Both the position numbers and the translations under genes were made by a program. DNA of 52,503 nucleotides, filler included, from Sphacelaria rigidula (lineage: Eukaryota), in NCBI GenBank assembly GCA_964200075.2. It is 3 parts of 3 records of this genome, joined end to end, with 100 filler letters (N's around TTAATTAATTAA, not from the genome) between each part and the next. Parts side by side here need not be neighbours in the genome. Positions count along the whole stretch, not along the records: positions 1 to 17,439 come from CAXNAA020001084.1; 2 more parts are not named here. One strand, given 5' to 3'. Shown here piece by piece: positions 1 through 11,855 of this stretch. Below the pieces are notes generated by a model. The model saw nothing but the letters and a program-made list of their open reading frames with translations. It had not been told where the DNA came from and made no database searches. The stretch's first letter is position 1. The number at the start of each line of letters is the position of its first letter.

Positions 1-976
1 CTGAGTCCTCCTAATTTAGACGGCCTTCGCGACTACACCACGATCAAAGTGAGTACTATCGCACATAACGGGACTAACGTAACTGTTGTCCCCCCCCCCC
101 CGGTCATGGTGAGACAACCTTGAGGCAGTGTGGAACCCGTGGCTGTCTCTGGAAGTGACGATACCGGAAAATAAAGGAACTCATTGAAGGCTGTCATCCA
201 AACGCAAGATGACCAGAACGCTTTGGGCCGAACGATCTTAGCACGATGCAGCTCGTCCTTCATGCGGCTCGTCGAACAAACCACGGCGCTTCACGCTTAG
301 TGATTGACTGCGAGCCTGGTCCGGCAAAAACCCGGCTTGCTCCGTCCCGGCGTTGTACGGATGCGAGGTCAATGGTCTGACGACTATGGCATGCAAGATC
401 ATGAGAACACTCCGCCTCTCAACCATCTACTTGCATGAGGCTGCTGTTGCTGCTGCTGTTGTTACTGCTACTGCTGGACGTATGTTGACTCAAACTTTGT
501 TTCCTTTGAAATTCTTGCTATAGCCGCTCGTATACAACTGCCCCCTTCCGTGAATGCCTATAAAGGGCCATGTTCCACTATCTCGCGGTACCGCCAGCAG
601 ACAAAATCTCGGAACAAGTAGCATAGGCGCTCAAAAACGTCAAGGTGCGCAAGCCAGGTACTTTCGACTTGGAGCGGAAGGGCACGAAGGCCGCTGAGTT
701 GCGAGTGATTGGTTAACGTCATCACCACGAGAATCACCGGGCATTTCTTCCTGTGCAACATTCGGCACCTCGCGGAAGGCACAGTTTGGATCCAGCAGAG
801 TGGCCGCTATTTGTGGATGACGCGCCTTTGCGCACCTGGCATCATTAGTAACACGTAAAAAAACAAAAAAATACAATCATTTCGGCCTTGTGCGGCAGAG
901 TACCTGCGACCAAAAAATAATGGATACCATTTTCGCAAATGCTAGAGAGTATGCTCGGCGAAGCAAACAACGCAGC

Positions 977-1046
977 TCCCCCTCTAAGATTTCGGGTTCC
1001 CCCTCCAAGATTTCGGGTCACACGCCCTCAAAGATTTCGGTTCACA
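977..1046. repeat. Short tandem repeat, three ~21-24-bp units
   Basis: ccctc(t/c/a)aagatttcgg repeated three times. Confidence 0.8.
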
Positions 1047-1584
1047 CGTTCAAGTGGGTCATACTCCACAAAAAAAGTACCCCCGACAAAAGAATGACGT
1101 CAGGACGGTAGGTGACGTCATTCTTCAATAAATTTATCTCGTAGAAATCAGGTTTATAAAAAATGAAAACAACTGACACATCAGACGAAAACTACCATCA
1201 CCTAGCCCCTTCCCCCCGTCGTCCTCTTCTCCATTGTACGTCATTGTTACCAATCGTCGCCAGCACATGCCCATCACCTTTTTTGCCACACTGAGGCTAG
1301 GACGAGCGGCTCGGAGGCGGGCAGCGCGTTGTTTGAAAGCTTTCGGAAGTACAGGGTGCAGGAGCATTGTGTAACGCACCATGTCATCCAGCACAGCATT
1401 CAGGACCCGATCGTCGTCCATGTCACCGAGCAGCTGCGCAAGAGTGCATGGACGATACAAGATGTAGAAGAGTAAAGATAATGAGAAGCTAGCAAGAACT
1501 CAATGTCACATCCACTGCAAATAGTATACTCACCAGGCGCTCCTTTTGATCCACCGTAATGGACGTATCACCAAGGATGTCTTC

Positions 1585-1830
1585 TGTAGGGTGCGGGTAT
1601 GTTCTGTGGGGTGTGGGATTCCTTAGAGAGTTGACACAAATATCGGGTACCGGTATGAAAGTCTTACAGAAATTACACAACTGTCGGGTACCGGTTTGAA
1701 AGTCTGACAGAAATGACAGAACTTGTCGGGTACAGTACGGGAGGCTTACAGAAAAACTGTGCCGGCAATCGGGGCTCTTAACAATTCTAGATGCACAAGA
1801 ATGTGGGTCAGGGCATCCCCGTTTGCACAT
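1585..1830 (+). repeat. Dispersed repeat with ~40-bp internal subrepeats (same family as 32430-32880)
   Basis: Units ctgtcgggtaccggt(a/t)tgaaagtc(t)tacagaa; the same unit recurs at 32488-32520 and 32644-32658. Confidence 0.65.
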
Positions 1831-2358
1831 ATATTCGGAATATTCCCAGCACATTGGAGTAGTAATCCTGCCGTAGTCTCAAATATTTTCATAAGTCGTG
1901 CTTTACATGAGATGAAGGGCTCCTAACAATTCTAAACTCAGAAAATATTTGTGCATCCCTACCGTAGCATCACTCTAGTACCGGAAGTTTATACTGCTCC
2001 GGTACACCGGTAGATGTATGTAGCCAACTACATTTGGACAGCACAGGTGGCAGCTCACGCCGGGTGTTTCTTGCAGGGCTCTCTTCACGCGATGATTGGT
2101 GCCACGACCCGCGTTTGACGTTTTGTCTGTCTCGCGAGAGCAACTTCCTGAAACGATTCACATACAGGCAAGCGACATGTTCACTCCTGCTGTCCGTTTA
2201 CCAAGTATGGTCATGCTCCATTCAAAGAGCTTGCCCTGCACGTGAGAAGTGTTCGTAGTCGTGCGTTAGGTACTCGTACTAGTATTCGTTTTGTTGGGTA
2301 CTGGCATAAAGGCCACCACAGCAATTACCACCACCACCACCGTTGCCCCTACCGCGAT

Positions 2359-2520
2359 GTGAAACGGGTACAACTGCACGCGTGAAGCGGGTACTACACA
2401 CGTGAAACGGGTACTACACACGTGAAACGGATACTACACACGTATAACTGGTACTACTCATGTAAGGCGGGTATTACACACGTAAAACGGGTTCTACACA
2501 CGTAAAACGGGTACCACACA
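2359..2520. repeat. 20-bp minisatellite, ~8 units
   Basis: Consensus gtgaaacgggtactacacac. Confidence 0.9.
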
Positions 2521-2584
2521 AACGTATCGGACACAGGCAAACCGGTGCCAACCAGTAGCTGTTGCAGCATGTTGTGCCGATAGC

Positions 2585-2815
2585 TGATTGATTGATTGAT
2601 TGATTGATCCATTGTCGCACCTTAACTAGTCCTCCAGGGATGCAGCCTTACCGTCGTCACATGATGGACGTACATGATATAACACATCGCGGAAATACTG
2701 TACTCGCTGAAGGAAAGTGAGGGACAACAGGAACATGGACCAGACACAAGGGGTAGACTAAAAATTGAACAAAAAAAACAAACAAACAAACAATAACAAA
2801 GGCAGAAAGGAAAGA
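2585..2815 (-). mobile_element. 5'-truncated LINE-A-type 3' end
   Basis: Reverse complement reads T-rich UTR + tacgtccatcatgtgac...ctggaggactagttaaggtgcgacaatg(atca)n, matching 10114-10228. Confidence 0.7.
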
Positions 2816-3324
2816 AATGGCTAGCCTGTGCAACATGACTTCAGGTGGAAAAGGCCTTGCGCAACGGCACACGTATTCGTACCCGAGAGTGAAACAAAAA
2901 AAGACGCGAGGACAGATTGCGGCTCGTCTATTTCGGCCTCACTATTATATACCCACTGTAAATAGCTCTCGACGAGTTCCCAGTAAGTCGACAGCGTCGT
3001 TCTTGGGCGCCATTGGGGGAAATATCCTTTTGGGGGAAATATTCTATTAATAATTGAGCTTGACGAAAATGACGACGATATAAAGTATGAAAGAGTGTCG
3101 GACAGAAAGCGTCCATGTCTACTTTGGTCGAGTGCAGGAATCCCGAGCAGGGAAAGGAGTAGATGCACCGATCGGGGAAGGTGATACTATACCGCTGGTT
3201 GTACTCCACACTATCTGAGAAAAGGAAGTGTCTGACTCGAAAGTCGTGCCGTATTTCGACGCCTTGGCTCTTGTGTATTTCATGTTTGATTTTAGTGATT
3301 TCCGCCTTGTTGCCCGACGACAAT

Positions 3325-3695
3325 CACCCACACAAAGTAGCACAAGTCTCGCACCCCAAATACCCAAACGCGCATGGCCCGCTTCGCCGTCACACTGACA
3401 TGCTACGCGTAGCATGGGTGTTAGTTGGAGATACAAAACACAATATTGTACAACCCCCGGTATGACTTTTCCCCACCCATATCTATGATCTACGGAAATT
3501 TGCTTCGGCCACACAGGGCAGAGTTGTGTGAGCGTCGTGTCGTTGGAACGATATGACCGCAATCTCTCGATCAAACGGAACAGCCCCTTCGAGTGCGGGG
3601 AGTCATTCCCCGCCCCGGAATAGTTCGAGGTGGATCCGTAGGTAGGGTCAGGGATTGATCATGTCATCATGTCATCACGTCATCATGTCGTCATC
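3325..3695 (+). mobile_element. Possible SINE-like element with (CATGTCAT)n tail
   Basis: Ends in about four degenerate 8-bp repeats at 3660-3695; shares short collinear motifs with the minus-strand body at ~34770-34870. Confidence 0.4.
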
Positions 3696-3703
3696 TTTGA
3701 ATA

Positions 3704-3705
<2 letters not shown>

Positions 3706-3743
<38 letters not shown>
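3706..3743. repeat. (CT)n microsatellite
   Basis: Pure dinucleotide run. Confidence 0.95.
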
Positions 3744-3749
<6 letters not shown>

Positions 3750-6225
3750 GTACATGCCCGACGTTTCTGCATCATCGCGGATTAGATCATGACAATCGGC
3801 ACTACCGCACTACGAGAGACTCTCGTTAAGTCACGGATATTATCGTCACATTACGGAGACGGTCGTCAAATTATGGAAATTGTCGTCAAACGTTTTACCG
3901 TACTCATGTCCTCACGTCATCAACGACGGAAAACAGCTTCCGCTGAATTTTCCATGTGTTATTTGTCGGGATTCGAAACGGCACACTGTCGTCTTAGCTC
4001 ACTACCGGTGCACGAGTTAAGAGCTAGACCATCGGGCCGCGCCGGCTGCCTTGTTTTCCGAAAGAAATGGCCACGGGACTAGGAATACCTGAGGGTGCGG
4101 GGTGGGGTTAGGGGGTGCGATATACTTAATTTCCTGCGCCAGAAAAAATGAAAGTGTGTACAGAGTCATGCCACGGTAGGGGCTGCACATTTTTTGGCCC
4201 AAATACTTTCTCATTGAGGGCTCCTAGAGTTAGGAGCTCCACAAGGATATCGGTGAGGCCGGTCCTGTTTTTCGATTCATTCGAGATATCCCTAGCCCAT
4301 TGAAATGCCAACTGTGGCGTGCTCTTCCATATTTCATGAGTCGTGTCTTTAAGGGGATCATTGACTCCTGACAATCTAAACCCGACAAACATTTAGCACA
4401 ATCGTACAGTGGCATTACTGTACGGTAACTTGCCTCTTCGAACATGCGTCTGGTGTCTTCCAACCCTTTCTCCACAACCATCACTCGCGCAGCGGGAAGA
4501 AGGACGCTGACCGCAATCCACAACGTTTCCTCGCAGTACAGTGATGCTGCCACCACCTACGCATACCATAGAGGCGGTGGGTAGGAGTACCAACGACAGT
4601 TAGCAAATTCGCTGCGAAGCAATTGTGGGGATCTTTACCGTACGAAGAGCACGAGCGAGCATTTGAACAGGACGGCGCAAAGGATCGTCCTGACAAGAAC
4701 GGATAAAATGGGTGGTGTTATTCACCGTAGTCACAGGGTTACACAGTTGACAAGCCAAAGGGGACATGTGCAATGACCATACTATATGTAGATCCTTCTC
4801 GAGAGCAGGAAGAACAGCCAGCTGGCTGCCTTTGTGTCGCGCCTGAAGTACACCAGTAATACTTCGACAGTAATTGTTTTGTTTTTTTCTCCAAAGCATG
4901 TACAATAACTACATCAAACACTTCGCGACCCATGTCCCCATAGCCCAGTGGGCCGATCTTCGCCGAACACAAATAAAAAACGTGAATTTCACCTGCACCA
5001 GCCTTGTACGGCGGCATTCCTTGGCGAACCTGATGACAATTTCATTCAAGATTCGAAATCTCGGAAAATCTCAACGACCGCAGCTGTGACCAAATAATCG
5101 TACTATAATACCTGTACTGTACACCGGCAATCACCGGTACCGACGGAAGATGGAAAGTAATTGGAATTTCCGCGGTAGTTATCTACCTCACCCTCAGTCC
5201 ACACACACTGCGGGCTCCCCCTTTCTCACCCGCAATCACAGAGAGTGAGCGCGCACACACGCGTAAAACCAACTTGACCGGAAAACAATAGCAAACCAAC
5301 AGGGCATGCACAAGGTCAATCAATAAACACAACACATGCGAGTATGAGTATTAGCGAAAAGGCGTTGCGGTGGGTTTCAGAGTGTTCAACACCGATGTAC
5401 AGATATCACTGTGGAAACCAAGGGATGTTCCCTCAACATTCCCCGTATTGCAGTAAGTACCGGCAAGTGATTGGAAAAGCTCGTTAGCGGTAATTAACGG
5501 CCAGCACCTACCCTAATCTGCGGTAATACGACCCACTGGTTGCTACCTCCTACACGTGCAGCACCGCGTTCCAAGGTTCATTTCGGTGTTCAGCCGGTGT
5601 TCGCTGAGAAAAAGCAAAGCGGCAAGAGGGCGAAACGTCGTACGCCGCACTCTCACCTCTATTTTCCCGAAGGCTTCGATGGCGGGTCGGAGGCACGAGG
5701 AGGCGCAGAGCTTGCTTCGGTCCAGACCCTCGTCGTTCGCGAGTAGGACGCTCTGCAAGAGGTTACAAGATGCATACTGGAACCTGTCATTTGCGGGTTC
5801 GACGTGTGCAGGGCGATGCCATCAGTTTTCTTTTTTGCCGCACATTTCAAGATTCATATCGATCTTTACTCTCCCCGAACGCCACCCGACTGGGGTTGGT
5901 TGTGTCCAGGTAGGCTAATCCTATCGACAAAAACACAAATGAGTAGGGGAGGGTAACTTGACCTACTGGCTTCCCTGTGTTCCGTGTCAGAGGTGATGCA
6001 ACACACAGTCTAGGTAGGGGGCCATGCAGACAGTGCTGACGTCCAGGCTCCATCCTGCAGCTTCGGAGTTCTACCCTGCTTTAGACTGGGAGCCAAATTG
6101 AACCCCGCAGCTGCAGGATTTACCCGGCGTTGAGACACAATCACGGAAAGCGCGTTGATAGAGATGAGGCACGCGTGAGTGAGTACCAGATTCAGCGAAC
6201 TGGAGATAGCGGCCGACGCCGGATG

Positions 6226-9200
6226 GTAAGGCTGTATCCTCCCCACGAGACCAACAAGCAAGGCAAGTACCGTGACAGACGTGCCAAAGAAACATTGAAA
6301 CATGAAAAAATCTCGTTCGTAAAATTAGAAAGCGAAACAGACCAAGAAGGAGAGCAGAACAACGAGAAAGCCGCGTGGATATAGAGAAGGCTAAAGCTAG
6401 GTCGCGACCTATGACGTCCGTAAACTGTCCCTCCCGGGAAAGAACGGAGCTGGCCATGCTGAGGCGGTCCTGCAAAAATATCAGGCAGTCGGATGTGACG
6501 TCATCGGACTACACGGAACGAGGAGACCAGGTCGGACCGAATTTTGTGCGGCGGAATATCGTGTCTTCTGCAGCGGGGCGGAGGGAGGCAAGGGAAGGGC
6601 TGGACAGCATGCGGTTGGGTTGGCGGTCAACGAGTCGATCATCAGCAAGGCGACGCGGACTCAGGCACTCATCAGCGAACGCCTCATGTCGATGACTTTC
6701 AACCTCGGGGGTAAAAATAAATGCTGCAACTTTGTAGTTGCATATGTCCCTCCAGACACTCAACAATCAAGGCAAGAGAGAAATGTGTTCTGGACTGAGT
6801 TACAGAGCATTGTGAACCATATCCCCCACAAAAACCACCTGTCTATTTCGATGGACGCTAACGCAAGGACTGGGGTACGAACAGGCGAGGAGGAACGTAA
6901 AATTGTGGGGGCATACGGCCGGGACCCCCGATCGAACGACATTGAAGGCATCTCTCTATTGCAATTTGCAGGCGACAACAGGGTTGCTCTGGTCAACACG
7001 TTCTTTTCCACCCCCAAGGGAAACACCTCGCGTACGTTCGTTAGTATTGCGAATCGCCCGGCGGACAAGAAACGCATTGCCTGCATCTTCACACCGCAAG
7101 ATCACCGCAGGCTTGTTCGCAATGTCACCGTCCACCTTCAACCTCCCAACTCGCCGGACTCTGACCACAACATGGTGTGCGTCTCAGTGCGGCTCCTCGG
7201 TCGCTTCGCACCCAACAGACGCAGACGAATGCCAATTGAGCGTACACCGATCGACAGACGGGCAATAATATCTGACCCCGACAGACGTGAGCTATCCACT
7301 CAGTTCATGATCAGCGAGCTCAAACAGAGTATACCTGACGATGCAGTTAGTTCAGTGGCTACGAACTTTGCCGACGTACTCTTGAGCGCCGCTGGAAAGG
7401 TGGTACCCCGTCTGACCCGAATGCCACGTTTACCGGGGTGGTTCGAGGATGTTGCCATCCGAACGGAGTTCGAGCAGGCCTGGAATGAGAGGGAAAGGAC
7501 GAGGTCAACGATGTGACTGGGACCATCACGAGATGAACCCTCATGGTGCACATCGCGAGCAGCGTGCAAAAGGGTGAAAGAGGTGATCCAAGTCGGGGTG
7601 GACAAATATATGGATGTGTATGCTAGAGAGTTGGAGGAGTATATTCGAGCGGGGGACATGACAGGATGGAACAGACATCGCAACGGATGACGAAGACGGT
7701 CAGGACGACCAATTGAGAGTGAGCAGAGCATTCGAGATGACGACGGCCATATACTGCGGGACAAAGGTTTGATCAGTGAGAGATGGCGTTGGTACTTCTT
7801 CACATCGATGAACGCCATATCGGCAACTATCGACCAAACCGTCAACGAGAAGATTGCACAACGACCGATAGCGCTGACACTAGGAGACCCACCAAGCCCA
7901 AGTGAAACTGGGGAGGCCCTGAGAGCTATTTTGAACGGCAAAGCAACGGGTCTGGATGGTCTACCTGCTGAAATCCTCAAGCTTGGACTCAACGGTGAAG
8001 CGTCGGAGACTCTGTACCACTTCTACAGCATCGTCGTTGCGGTTTGGACATCTGGTGAGGTGCCGCAGGAATGGAAAGATGTCAATATGAAAGTGGTGCA
8101 CGAAAAGAAACGATAGGACCGAGTGTGGTAACTACAGAGCCATTTCACTTATGGCACATGCTGCTAAAGTTCTCCTCAAAATCGTAGCCAACGAGCTCGG
8201 TAATTTTTTGTCAGGAAACAGATGTCTGTCCGGAAGAGCAGTGTGGATTTAGACGCCAACGATTGACCCCAGACATGAGATTCTAGTACGCCGACTTCAG
8301 GAGTTGGGACGGACGAGCAACGTCCCACTAGACATGCGCTTTATCGATCTGCAGAAAGCCTACGATTCCGTCGCCCGCACGCTCCTGTGGGCAGTGCTTG
8401 CTCGGTTCGGAGTCCCGTCGCGAATGATGATCATCTGTATGTGTCACGATGGCTTGCGAGCTCCGGTACAGCTAGATAGTGGCCAAGTATCAGCGTGATT
8501 CCACGTCTGCCAGGGACTCAGACAAGGTTGCGTTTCGTCCCCGCTGTTGTTCAACATCTTCGGAGCAACCTGGGTCGACGCGATCGTACAGCGGTTTGCG
8601 GCGGACCCAGTCATCATCTCGGACTTGATTTTTCTAGAAGATGCGCCAAAAGGTGGCGGTGGTGAACCCGTGGAAGAGCCGCCGTTGGAAAAGTTGCGAC
8701 GCGCGGTGTGGGTCATGCTTCATGCAGACGGCCCCGGCATGATATCGAGGACCTCGGATTGTCTTGCTCGAATGATGGTCATGATACCGGTGACCTTCCA
8801 GGAATTCGGCCTGATGATCTCCGAGAGCAAGCCAGAGCCCACGCGCCTTTGGTCAGTACTCAGCCCAACGGAGGCCGCCCTGCACATCAAAGCTGCCGGT
8901 CAACGGTAGAAGCAGACGGGGAAGTTCGTCTACTTTGGTGGTGGTATCAGCGCAGATGCGGAAATGTCGATCGAAGTCAACCGCCGTATCAGGGCGGCAT
9001 GGGGGCGTATCCGAAAATATATCTCCCAACTCTACGATCGACCCAACGCCCAGCTATCCTTGGCAGTCCGGCTGCTTAAAGCGGAGGTGGTGGAAGCTCT
9101 GTTGTACTCGTATGGATGTGCCTCATGGACGTAACGTTGTGAGGACTTCGACAGTCTGCGTACTGCCCATCACAAGCTCTTGCTGCTAGTGGTTGGATTC

Positions 9201-10228
9201 CGCAGGAAATGTCGAAATGGCTACAAGGCTCTTTCGTACAGAGCAGCGCTCGAGATGACCAACTTTGCACGTATCGAGACGACTCTCCGATAACGTCAAC
9301 TCTGCTCCGCGGGAGCTCTTGTCCGGCAGAAGGAAACACGTCTTCCGAAACGCGTCATGAACGGACGGCTAACCGCACGAGGGCCCAAGGAGGCCGGCCG
9401 CCCTCCCAAGCAATGGGAGGAAAGCCTCCAGGAGAATCTACGTACACTAGGGGCTGTTCCGCACAAAAGAGCACGACGGAAATACTTCGTCTACGGTGTA
9501 CAGGTTAACGATGCATACGATTGGGTCACTGCGGCGAAGGACATGGGCAAATGGCATATTGAAGTCGAAGAAGGAGCGAAAGAGTTTGAGGACACGTGGC
9601 GACGCGCGCACGAATGAGAATCGGACCGCTGTCACAAACGAGAGGCCGCTGCGTCGAGGGCTGCCACTCGAAGAATCCTGTCTGCTCATATCGGTTGTTG
9701 ATTTTGTTCTTAGTCGGTGGCTCTGCGGTGCCCCCTGGTGTATATCTGTACTGTATGTACTTTGCTGCTCTGAATTATTTGGGCTTCACTTCTGTAGTAT
9801 CCTTCCCTCTTTCTCCCTTTCCTCCATCTTTCTCGATATGTATGTGTTCTTTCCTGTCGGTGTACGGTGGAGCAGTGTGGTACCTCGCTTCTTTATTGAT
9901 CTTTTGTTTTCTACGACTGGGTATGAATGTGGTTCTGCGGAAGACCTTGCACGCCGAAGCCATGTGCCAGAGACCGGCCATTTATTTATTATCTTATCTT
10001 ATCTTATCTTTTTTTCTTTTTTTCTACCTCGTAGTCTTCTATGTTGCTCTTTTCTACTTTTTCCGTTTCTTTTTTCCCTCCAGCGAGTGTTTCGGATTTG
10101 TTTTGTCTTGGGTACGTCTATCATGTGACTACGGCTGGATCATGACTACCTGGGGGGTCATTTAAAGTGCGACAATAAATGAAATCAATGAAAGCGATGA
10201 AATCAATTAAATCAATTAAATCAAATCA
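6226..10228 (+). mobile_element. RTE-like LINE, near full length, inactivated (LINE-A)
   Basis: APE endonuclease (VATYDVR, DVIGL, MDANAR, NTFF, SDHNMV) followed by RT (KATGLDGLPAE, FIDLQKAYDSV, GLRQGCVSSPLLFNI, YADD decayed to HADG, FVYFG). Multiple stops and frameshifts; coding ends ~9617, then a T-rich 3' UTR and an (AAATCA)n-type tail. The 5' boundary is uncertain. Confidence 0.92.
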
Positions 10229-11289
10229 CACTGGACACCTCCTTCTGGCGCAATTGACGTACTGTATACTGTATACAGGACAACGGGCACTTTTGTCCTT
10301 GTGCACATGTTGCGGTCGTTGGGGACACTTGCTGGATACCTTGGACAGACATGGGGCATTAACACCGACACTGAGCAATCGCGGGTCCTCATTCGAGCGT
10401 AGATTAAAGATTGGATGGACAGGGCACGCCACCTCCTAACTACGAGATGCCGAAAAAGAAACACTTGCGGCAAAAAAATCCTCAACAATACCTGCCGTCT
10501 TAAGAGTTATTTTTCTCACTGCTCGAAGGCAGATATCAAGTTTTACGGAAATCGACGAGAGCAGTCAATGGGCTGTCGTGTGAGTGCTACACTATTACTA
10601 TGGTCATCATCCATCATCTAATACTGGATAATGGCGCGCAACGCAGTAAGTACCCAGGGAGACATGGGTTGATCCCTTGAGGCTTCATTACGGAGTCGAT
10701 CCGACGAGAGAAAGAGAGAGAGAGATTATCTGACTCCGATAAAGCACGACAAAAAAACAGGACGAAAAACGGGCCACTAAACGAAGAAACAAACGGTGGA
10801 GCAACTTGTTCCGCAGAGGACCTGAAAAATAGCCATTCTAAACAACATGAGCTGGAATTATTGCGCACAGATGTGGTACAATGATATCGTGAACTGAAAC
10901 ATGATGGGCTCCACGCAGACGAGCGCCAAGCCATTGCCCAGGTTCTACTGTATGCAGACCACCCTCTCGTTTATTACGACTCGACATCTGTCTTCGATTG
11001 CGTCGCATTCCTTGCCCCGAGAAATGTCGGTTGTAGAAAAACGGCTTGTGCCAGTTTCCCACGCTGACGGTATACCGTAAACAGTATAAGCAGGTCCCAC
11101 CCACTTTTGCTTTTTGAGGCATGATTCAAGTCCCCTAGGGAAGGCAGCATACGTAGTCAACAGCCAGATTTGGTCAGGCGATACTGTACAGTTGAAGTGA
11201 AGAAGACAGGAGCTACATTTTTGATTTTTTGTGTATCTTTTCGACCAGACAACACAGGGCCCGCCTTGTCTAATTTTATTTCGTTTTAA

Positions 11290-11586
11290 TTATTGATTAT
11301 TATTATCCTCATCCTCAGATATTCTTGTTGGTTATCATCATCATTGGTCATCATTAATGTCCGTTCCTTGTCTATTTTTTGCTCAGTTTTGATCTTGGTT
11401 TTGTTGGTGTGTTTTATTCATCACTTTACTGTACTGCACTCCGTTCGTTTTGTCCCATCTTTATTATTGTGTCAGCTCTCCTCTTTCTTCAGCGAGCGTT
11501 CCCATTTTGTCCAGCTTAAGGGTAATCAATCTTGTGGATAACGACCTTCAGGGATCAGTTACGACGCAATAAGCACTCAATCAATC
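11290..11586 (+). mobile_element. Diverged LINE-A-type 3' end
   Basis: T-rich stretch, cagcgagcgtt..., tcttgtgga...cagggatcagttacgacgcaataa...tcaatcaatc; resembles 10080-10228. Confidence 0.45.
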
Positions 11587-11855
11587 GTACGAAACGATCA
11601 AACCATACCCTCTTCGTTCAGAAGACGAGGAACGCGTAGAAAATGCACTTGCACTTTCCATCGCCGAGTACAACCGCGTATAGGCCAGCTAAAGGCAGCG
11701 ACCCCTGGAAGGGTACAGCACTCGGCTTGTGCGGAGAGTACGTAACTCCTACTGTCGAACGGCACCGCACCACTGTGGTGTGGGATTGAATGCCAATCGC
11801 CCTGGCATTACTGACTGCACCATACGGTGGTTACCACCCGTAAATTTACTGTTAC

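Noticed and set aside
9496-10165. 210-aa and 189-aa hydrophobic ORFs that look like membrane proteins
   Set aside because: They overlie the T-rich 3' UTR of LINE-A; compositional artefact.
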